A stretch of DNA of 64,000 nt from assembly GCA_031549115.1 (NCBI GenBank), contig JAVBQJ010000071.1:7451-71450 (forward strand). Reading direction: 5' to 3'. This DNA comes from Victivallaceae bacterium. Lineage in GTDB: Bacteria > Verrucomicrobiota > Lentisphaeria > Victivallales > Victivallaceae. Of the stretch, positions 57,988 through 64,000 are shown piece by piece; the stretch's first letter is position 1, and each line of letters opens with the position of its first letter. The translations under genes were made by a program, and so were the position numbers. Under the pieces are notes generated by a model, which was not told where the DNA came from, searched no databases, and saw only the letters and a list, made by a program, of their open reading frames with translations.

Positions 57988-58857
57988 CGCCGCCTCCCGG
58001 CGGAAGCTGCTCGGCGTGTCGCCGCGGTATTTCTTGTAAAGACGGGAAAAGTAATACGGGTCCTCGATGCCGACCGCCAGCGAAATCTCCCCGATCGAAC
58101 GCTCCGGGTGCCGCCGCATCAGCTCCTCCGCCCGCGACAGGCGCCGCTCGATCAGCAGCTGCGAGAAGCTGGTATCGTAGCGGGATTTGAGTTCATGCGA
58201 CAATGACGACACGCTGCGCCCGAGTTTACGCGCCAGCAGCGGCAGTTTGATCTGTTCGGTCAGGTGGCTTTCGATATAGCGCTCGACCTCGCGCTTCAGC
58301 CGGTCGCCGCGCAGGGTCGCCAGCTCCCGCGCGGTCAGGTAATCCAGCAGCATGGTAAACAATCCGAGCACGCCGGCCAACTTCTCCGGGCCGTAAAAGG
58401 GCAGATTGAAAAACGCTTCGGTCAACTGCGCGGCACAGGCGTCATTCGGGCAGCGTCCCGGAACATTCTCCGGCATCGCTTCGGTGGTGCGGAATTGTCC
58501 GACCATCAGGAAACCGGCGACTTCGCCGTCGATATACACCGGCGCGATCGCCTCGCCGAGGCCGGCGTGACAGGTATAGGCCATCATCTTCCGCGCCTGC
58601 AACGCCTCCAGCTGCTTGCTCGCGTCCATCGCCGTACAGCGCCGCAATTCGCCCAACTCCTCCTGGACGATCCGGCAGTAGTCGCTGTTGCGCATCTTCA
58701 AGCCGCGCCGGATCACCTTGCCCGCCGCGTCATAAAAGGTCACCCGCAGATCCATCACTTCGGCGAAGTTGTCCAGAAGTTCCTGCACCTTATCGCTTAA
58801 AATCAAATTCAGACTGGGCTGTTCCGCCATCCGCACCCCCGTTTTACGATGTCGCAC
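57949..58857 (-). CDS. AraC family transcriptional regulator with N-terminal PocR-like sensory domain
   Basis: C-terminal AraC helix-turn-helix (LARKLGRSVSSLSHELKSRYDTSFSQLLIERRLSRAEELM...IGEISLAVGIEDPYYFSRLYKKYRGDTPSSFRR). Divergent from the sugar-metabolism operon. Confidence 0.8.
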   Translation of the reverse strand: MRHRKTGVRMAEQPSLNLILSDKVQELLDNFAEVMDLRVTFYDAAGKVIRRGLKMRNSDYCRIVQEELGELRRCTAMDASKQLEALQARKMMAYTCHAGLGEAIAPVYIDGEVAGFLMVGQFRTTEAMPENVPGRCPNDACAAQLTEAFFNLPFYGPEKLAGVLGLFTMLLDYLTARELATLRGDRLKREVERYIESHLTEQIKLPLLARKLGRSVSSLSHELKSRYDTSFSQLLIERRLSRAEELMRRHPERSIGEISLAVGIEDPYYFSRLYKKYRGDTPSSFRREAASAAQEGAQQGGQ

Positions 58858-58936
58858 CTTGTACTATTATAGCACTGAAAAGCAGAAAAATCCATCATAT
58901 TGTAAAAAATTCCATGTTTTTTTGCGTTTTTGGCTT

Positions 58937-58949
58937 TACATTATGTAAC
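58937..58949. promoter_or_regulatory. Perfect palindrome TTACATTATGTAA upstream of the epimerase/nagB operon
   Basis: Located about 30 bp upstream of the 58980 start, in the AraC divergent region. Confidence 0.4.
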
Positions 58950-58979
58950 GCAACAATTTGTCGAACAGGAGGACGGTTC

Positions 58980-59912
58980 ATGAGAGTACTGGTTACAGGC
59001 GGCGCCGGGTTCATCGGCAGCCATTTAGTCGAATATTTTCAAGGCAAAGCCGAAGTGCGCGTGCTCGACAATCTGCGCAGCGGCTACCGCAAAAACCTCG
59101 ACGGCTTCGACGTCGAATTCATCGAGGGCGACATTCGCGACCGTGAAACCGTGCGCCGGGCGATGCAGGGCGTCGACTACGTCTTTCACTTCGCCGCGAT
59201 GATCAGCGTGCCGGAATCGATGTCAAAGATCGCCGAATGCGTCGATCTGAACGTCAACGGCCTGTTGGTGGTGCTCGAGGAAGCCGCCGCCGCCGGAGTC
59301 AAGAAGCTGTGTTTCAGCACCTCCGCGGCGATCTACGGCACCAATCCGGTAGTGCCGAAGGTCGAGTCCATGTACCCCGAACCGCTGTCGCCTTACGCGA
59401 TCACCAAACTCGACGGCGAATACTACTGCAATCTTTTCACCCAGACCGGACGGCTGCAAACCGCCTGTTTGCGCTACTTCAACGTCTTCGGCCCGCGCCA
59501 GGACCCGAAGAGCGCCAACGCCGCGGCGGTGCCGATTTTCACGGCTAAGGCGGTCGCCAACGAACCGATCACCATCTACGGCGACGGCGAACAGACCCGC
59601 GATTTCATCTATGTCAAGGACATCGTCGCGGCCAATGTGTTCATGGCGACCCATGACTTCACCGGCGTGTACAACATCGCCTACGGCGGCCGGATCACCA
59701 TCAACGACCTGGTGAAGCTGATCAAAAAAGTGACCGGTTCGCACTCCGAAGTGCAATATCTGCCCGAACGCGCGGGCGACGTCAAGCATTCGATGGCGGC
59801 AGTGGATAAATTGAAGGCGACCGGCTTCGTGCCGCAATTCGATTTCGATTCCGGCATGACCGCCACCGTGAAATTTTTCCAGGAACAGGCCGCCAAAACG
59901 GCCGCAAAATAA
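58980..59912 (+). CDS. NAD-dependent epimerase/dehydratase (UDP-sugar 4-epimerase-like, extended SDR)
   Basis: MRVLVTGGAGFIGSHL (Rossmann GxxGxxG). S...YxxxK catalytic residues (YAITK). Ribosome-binding site caggaggacggttcATG. Confidence 0.85.
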   Translation: MRVLVTGGAGFIGSHLVEYFQGKAEVRVLDNLRSGYRKNLDGFDVEFIEGDIRDRETVRRAMQGVDYVFHFAAMISVPESMSKIAECVDLNVNGLLVVLEEAAAAGVKKLCFSTSAAIYGTNPVVPKVESMYPEPLSPYAITKLDGEYYCNLFTQTGRLQTACLRYFNVFGPRQDPKSANAAAVPIFTAKAVANEPITIYGDGEQTRDFIYVKDIVAANVFMATHDFTGVYNIAYGGRITINDLVKLIKKVTGSHSEVQYLPERAGDVKHSMAAVDKLKATGFVPQFDFDSGMTATVKFFQEQAAKTAAK

Positions 59913-59924
59913 GGATTTGAGAAA

Positions 59925-60713
59925 ATGGATGTCATCATTCGCCCGACGACCGAATCGGCCGTCAAACTGACCGCCCGCATCATGGCGGACGACCTGCGCA
60001 AGACCCCGGACATGGTTTTCGGCCTGGCCACCGGCCGGACGATGGAAGCCGTCTACGCCGAACTCGCCCGGCTGCACCGCGAAGAAGGGCTGGATTTCTC
60101 GCTGGCGAAGAGCTTCAACCTGGACGAATACCTGGGCCTTGCGGCCGACGACGTCAACTCCTATCGTTATTACATGAACAAGCATCTGTTCAATAACATC
60201 AATATCGACAAGCGCAATACCCATCTGCCCAACGGGGTAGCAAAGTGCGCCGAAGCCGAAGGCAAGCGCTATGACGAAGCGATCAAAAATGCCGGTGGCG
60301 TGACGCTGCAGCTGCTCGGCATCGGCCGCGACGGCCACATCGGCTTCAACGAGCCGGGCAGTTCGCTGATGAGCCGGACCCGCGCGGTGTCGCTGACCCC
60401 GGAAACCTACGAGCAGAACTCCCCGTTGTTCGCCCGCCGCGAAGACATGCCGATGCGCGCCTACACCATGGGCGTCGGCACCATTCTCGATTCCAAGCGC
60501 CTGGTGATGCTGGTGACCGGCGATGAAAAGGCGGAAATCCTCGCGCAGGCGGTCGAAGGCGCGCTGACCGCGATGATTTCGGGCAGCGCCATCCAGCTGC
60601 ATAACGACGTCGTGGTCATCGTCGACGAAGCCGCCGGACGGCTGCTCAAGCACAAATCGTACTACAACTTCAATTTTGCCCATGATCCGAAGTGGGCGGC
60701 TTATCAGAACTGA
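59925..60713 (+). CDS. nagB: Glucosamine-6-phosphate deaminase
   Basis: FGLATGRTMEAVY, SFNLDEYLGL, and LLGIGRDGHIGFNEPGSS are canonical NagB motifs. Confidence 0.9.
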   Translation: MDVIIRPTTESAVKLTARIMADDLRKTPDMVFGLATGRTMEAVYAELARLHREEGLDFSLAKSFNLDEYLGLAADDVNSYRYYMNKHLFNNINIDKRNTHLPNGVAKCAEAEGKRYDEAIKNAGGVTLQLLGIGRDGHIGFNEPGSSLMSRTRAVSLTPETYEQNSPLFARREDMPMRAYTMGVGTILDSKRLVMLVTGDEKAEILAQAVEGALTAMISGSAIQLHNDVVVIVDEAAGRLLKHKSYYNFNFAHDPKWAAYQN

Positions 60714-60728
60714 CAAGGGACCTTTGCC

Positions 60729-62111
60729 ATGTTGAATCCGAAATTTCGCCCGGAACTCGATCCGGACTTCGAAGCGGCGATCTTGTGGAACCGCGCCTAT
60801 CGCGAGCGCGTCGAAGCCTGCGACGGCGCCCTCGCGGTGGTGGTCGCGTTGAAGCGCGCCAACGGCTGCGTTTCAATCTATGAAACCGCGATCCTGCCCT
60901 ACACGGCGGAAAACCGTGCGGACAACCTCAAGTACATCGAGCGTATCGTCAAATTCCTGCTGTGGATGAAAGGCGGCTGGGAGCTGACAATTGCCGGATG
61001 CGATGCTCTGGCGCAGGATCTGCGCGCCATGTACTCCGCCGGCGGCGCCCGCAAATTCGACTTCGAAATGATGGGCGAACGGATTTACGGGCACCCCTTC
61101 ACGGTGCGTTCGGTTGCCTATGCCGACGCGCCGGAAGCCCATGAAATCGAAGTTCAGCTCGGCGGCAACTTCAACGGCTGCCGCATCGGCTTCGACCTCG
61201 GCGGCTCCGACCGCAAATGCGCCGCCGTGATCGACGGCAAATGCGTCCACACCGAAGAGGTGGTCTGGGATCCCTATTTCCAGAACGATCCGGAATACCA
61301 CCGCGCCGGCATCCGCGATTCGCTGAAGCGCGCCGCCGCGCATCTGCCGCGCGTCGACGGCATCGGCGGCTCCGCCGCCGGTGTCTACGTGGATAACCAG
61401 CCGCGCCTGGCGTCGCTGTTCCGCGGGATTTCGAACGAAGATTTCCAGAAGTACATTGTGCCCCTGTTCGATGAAATCGCCAAGGAATACAATGTGCCGT
61501 TCATCGTCGCCAACGACGGCGAAGTCACCGCGCTGGCCGGCGCTCTTTCGATGGAATCCACCGGCGTGCTCGGCATGTCCATGGGCACCAGCGAAGCCGG
61601 CGGCTACGTCAATGTCGCCGGCAACATCACCGACTGGCTGAACGAATTGGCGTTCTGCCCGGTGGATTACCGCGCCAACGGCCCGAAGGATGAATGGTCC
61701 GGCGACGTCGGCTGCGGCGCGCAATATTTTTCGCAGCAGGCGGTGGCCCGTCTGGCGCCATTGGCCGGTATCGACTTCCCGCAGGACCTGCCGTTCCCGA
61801 AGCGTCTGGAAGAGGTCCAGCGCCTGATGGAAGCCGGCGACGAACGCGCCGCGAAAATCTACCGCACCATCGGCGTTTACTTCGGTTACGCCGTGGCGCA
61901 CTATGCCGAGTTTTACCAGATCCAGAATCTGCTGATCCTCGGCCGCGTCACCTCCGGCGCCGGCGGCGAACTGATCATGCAGATCGGCCAGGAAGTCCTG
62001 GCCGCCGAATTCCCGGAACTCGCGGCCAGTATCCAATTCCGCGTCCCGGACGAGAAGTTCAAACGCCACGGCCAGGCGGTCATCGCCGCCAGTCTGCCGG
62101 TGGTTAAGTAA
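60729..62111 (+). CDS. ASKHA-superfamily sugar kinase-like protein (ROK/N-acetylglucosamine kinase-like) with ~150-aa N-terminal extension
   Basis: Phosphate-1 like motif IGFDLGGSDRK. Adenosine motif-like regions. Context next to nagB. Not a confident family assignment. Confidence 0.55.
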   Translation: MLNPKFRPELDPDFEAAILWNRAYRERVEACDGALAVVVALKRANGCVSIYETAILPYTAENRADNLKYIERIVKFLLWMKGGWELTIAGCDALAQDLRAMYSAGGARKFDFEMMGERIYGHPFTVRSVAYADAPEAHEIEVQLGGNFNGCRIGFDLGGSDRKCAAVIDGKCVHTEEVVWDPYFQNDPEYHRAGIRDSLKRAAAHLPRVDGIGGSAAGVYVDNQPRLASLFRGISNEDFQKYIVPLFDEIAKEYNVPFIVANDGEVTALAGALSMESTGVLGMSMGTSEAGGYVNVAGNITDWLNELAFCPVDYRANGPKDEWSGDVGCGAQYFSQQAVARLAPLAGIDFPQDLPFPKRLEEVQRLMEAGDERAAKIYRTIGVYFGYAVAHYAEFYQIQNLLILGRVTSGAGGELIMQIGQEVLAAEFPELAASIQFRVPDEKFKRHGQAVIAASLPVVK

Positions 62112-62155
62112 GTAATTCGGAAAATGTGGGGGACGAGGAGTCCCCCACATCGAGA

Positions 62156-62980
62156 TCACTTCCGGTACTTATCGATCAAGGACCGGAGGAGTTCGAGGCC
62201 GGCGATGATGTCGCGTTCCTGCTGGTCGCCGGAGATTTCGCGTTCCAGAATCAACTCGCCGGTGAAGTCGAGTTCGTAGAGCTTTCGGACGATCCGATCG
62301 AAATCGGCGCGGCCCTGTCCGAGCGCGACCTCGGTGCCGAGCGTATAACCGCCGGTTGGAAAGAGTCCGTCCTTTATATGCAGATTCCGGACATATTTTC
62401 CCACCACTTCCAACGCGTCGACCGGATTGCCGCGCCCGTACAGAATCAGGTTGGCGGTATCGAGGTTGACGCCCAGATTCGGCAAAGCCAGATCTTCGAT
62501 GGTGCGCAGCAGCGTCAGCGGGGTTTCCTGGCCCGACTCGAACCAGAAGCCGAGTCCCAGATTGAGACAGTGGAGCGCGACATCGTAAAGGGCGTTGAGC
62601 GTTTCGGCGTAATCACGGCAGCGCGGATTTTCGGGGATGAAGCCGGCATGGGTGATGATGGCGGGGGCGCCGATCTCACGGGCGAAGTCGGCGCCGCGCT
62701 TCAACTCTTCGACCCGACGGCTGCGCAGATCGGCCGGGACGAGCCCGCAGGTTGCCGGGCCGTCGGCGGAATTCCAGACGATTCGCCCCGAATAGCCGGC
62801 CCAGTAGGCAGCCAGGCGAATGTCGTGTCGCTCCATCCCCGTCCGTACCTTCCGGGCCAGTTCCGGCGTCAGCGCCGGAATATCCCAACATTGCAGTTGG
62901 GCGGTCTTCACGCCGTAGCGGGCGGCGGCTTCGAACGGCGCGCCGTCGCGCGTCAGCATCAGCAATACTCCAGGTTCCAT
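62156..62980 (-). CDS. Sugar phosphate isomerase/epimerase (xylose isomerase-like TIM barrel)
   Basis: 274 aa from the ATG at 62980 (MEPGVLLMLTRDG...). Motifs AAYWAGYSG, ITHAGF, and FESGQETP are typical of AP endonuclease 2 / xylose isomerase-like proteins. The ORF track start at 63289 is an unlikely extension. Confidence 0.7.
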   Translation of the reverse strand: MEPGVLLMLTRDGAPFEAAARYGVKTAQLQCWDIPALTPELARKVRTGMERHDIRLAAYWAGYSGRIVWNSADGPATCGLVPADLRSRRVEELKRGADFAREIGAPAIITHAGFIPENPRCRDYAETLNALYDVALHCLNLGLGFWFESGQETPLTLLRTIEDLALPNLGVNLDTANLILYGRGNPVDALEVVGKYVRNLHIKDGLFPTGGYTLGTEVALGQGRADFDRIVRKLYELDFTGELILEREISGDQQERDIIAGLELLRSLIDKYRK

Positions 62981-63057
62981 TTGTACTATGATCCTTTGCG
63001 TTGGTTTTTCCGGGCGTCCCTGACGGGGGACGCCCCACAGGAAGCGGCGCGTACCGC

Positions 63058-63885
63058 TTACCAGTTGCGGAGGCGGTCGGCGACCAGCTTCTGCGCTTCC
63101 GGCGCGGAAAGCTTGCCGCTGTAGTCCAGGGTTTCCAGGTTGACCAGATACTCCGCCTTGTGCCGCGGTTCGACGATTTCCCAGAATCCTTTCAGATCCA
63201 GATCGCCGTCGCCGATCATCGCGTCGGCGAAGTATTTGCCGCAGCGTTTGCGTTCGGAGTTCGGAAACTCCGTATCCCGGATATACCAATCCTTCAAATG
63301 AAAGTGAACGATGTCGTCCTTCAGCAGCCGGTAGGCCGCCACCGGATCGCCGGCGGTGGCGATATTGCCGTGGTCGAAGGTCACTTTCAGGCCCGGCACC
63401 TCCCGCAGTACCGCCAACGCTTCTTCGCCGGTGGTGATCGGGCTTTGGGCGAAGCCGGTGCTTTCCAGTGTGACCGTGAGCGGGTAGCTCCGGGCCATCG
63501 CCACCGCCCGGGCAAAGTATTCCGTCCAGCGTTTCCGGCTGTCAGTCATATCCGTCTGATCGCGGAACGCGAACGGCGGAATCATCAGGATCGGCGCTTC
63601 CAGCGCCGCGGCTTCGTCCAAGGTTTCCTTGAGTTCGTCGAGCCAGTCCGGCGCCCCGTCGATGAACTTCGTTTTCAACATCGTATGGCCCGCCACCCGC
63701 AGCCCGGCGTCGAGCGTGGCCCGGCGCAGTTCGGTCGCACTGCTGCCATGCAGCCCGATCCAGTCGATCGCTTCCATGCCGCACTGTACCGCGACGGCCG
63801 CGATTTCACGCGGCGGCGCGGAATCGAGCATAAGCGACATCATACAGAGTCTCATATCACGTCCTTCTATGATAGGTTTTGTCAA
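63058..63885 (-). CDS. Sugar phosphate isomerase/epimerase (xylose isomerase-like TIM barrel), second
   Basis: 275 aa, distant paralog of the previous gene. Motif HFHLKDW. Confidence 0.7.
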   Translation of the reverse strand: MTKPIIEGRDMRLCMMSLMLDSAPPREIAAVAVQCGMEAIDWIGLHGSSATELRRATLDAGLRVAGHTMLKTKFIDGAPDWLDELKETLDEAAALEAPILMIPPFAFRDQTDMTDSRKRWTEYFARAVAMARSYPLTVTLESTGFAQSPITTGEEALAVLREVPGLKVTFDHGNIATAGDPVAAYRLLKDDIVHFHLKDWYIRDTEFPNSERKRCGKYFADAMIGDGDLDLKGFWEIVEPRHKAEYLVNLETLDYSGKLSAPEAQKLVADRLRNW

Positions 63886-64000
63886 GTAGCTTTCGCAACT
63901 TTTCTTGTATTTTCTGTAAAATCTTTCCTTTTCAAAGCAAACTCTCCCTTACCCATGCGTCCATGAGGTTCGAAGCAATCTGTCTTTGCAAAATCGTTTT

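Overview
GC-rich (about 60-63%) bacterial chromosomal window, dense with genes for secreted carbohydrate-active enzymes. It carries four DUF1559 prepilin-like proteins whose N-terminus reads ...[28 protein letters not shown]...; this points to the Planctomycetes-Verrucomicrobia-Chlamydiae superphylum, probably a Lentisphaerae/Victivallis-like organism (inference). Core content: a tandem pair of paralogous cassettes, each a DUF1559 pseudopilin-like gene followed by a ~1000-aa secreted lectin-like/TIM-barrel protein. Other supported features are an alpha-galactosidase-like gene, a MarR-controlled HlyD/ABC-2 efflux operon, an AraC regulator, a third pseudopilin cassette with GH2 and a tandem beta-helix (GH55-like) protein, and a cation diffusion facilitator. 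A housekeeping block follows (type IIA topoisomerase subunits B and A, rpsB, tsf, nadD, rsfS, hrpA, PfkB kinase, metG, MFS transporter). Downstream is a LacI-regulated operon (phosphoesterase, pseudopilin, DUF4838-like hydrolase) divergent from a GH36 alpha-galactosidase. Then come a flotillin/NfeD operon, a 1006-aa secreted hypothetical, a split chromate transporter, and an amino-sugar cluster (AraC, epimerase, nagB, ROK-like kinase, two sugar-phosphate isomerases). Most unusual: (i) every DUF1559 pseudopilin gene sits immediately upstream of a large glycosidase-like protein; (ii) a ~500-bp GC-rich repeat occurs in inverted copies 26 kb apart, with related fragments elsewhere; (iii) a ~230-bp hairpin-rich repeat is present three times with compensatory stem changes, a candidate ncRNA or REP element; (iv) the paralogous cassette genes have near-identical 3' ends, and copy 2 appears to have lost its stop codon; (v) the topoisomerase subunit A ends in an acidic hexapeptide tandem-repeat tail. 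No rRNA, tRNA or CRISPR array was recognised by eye.
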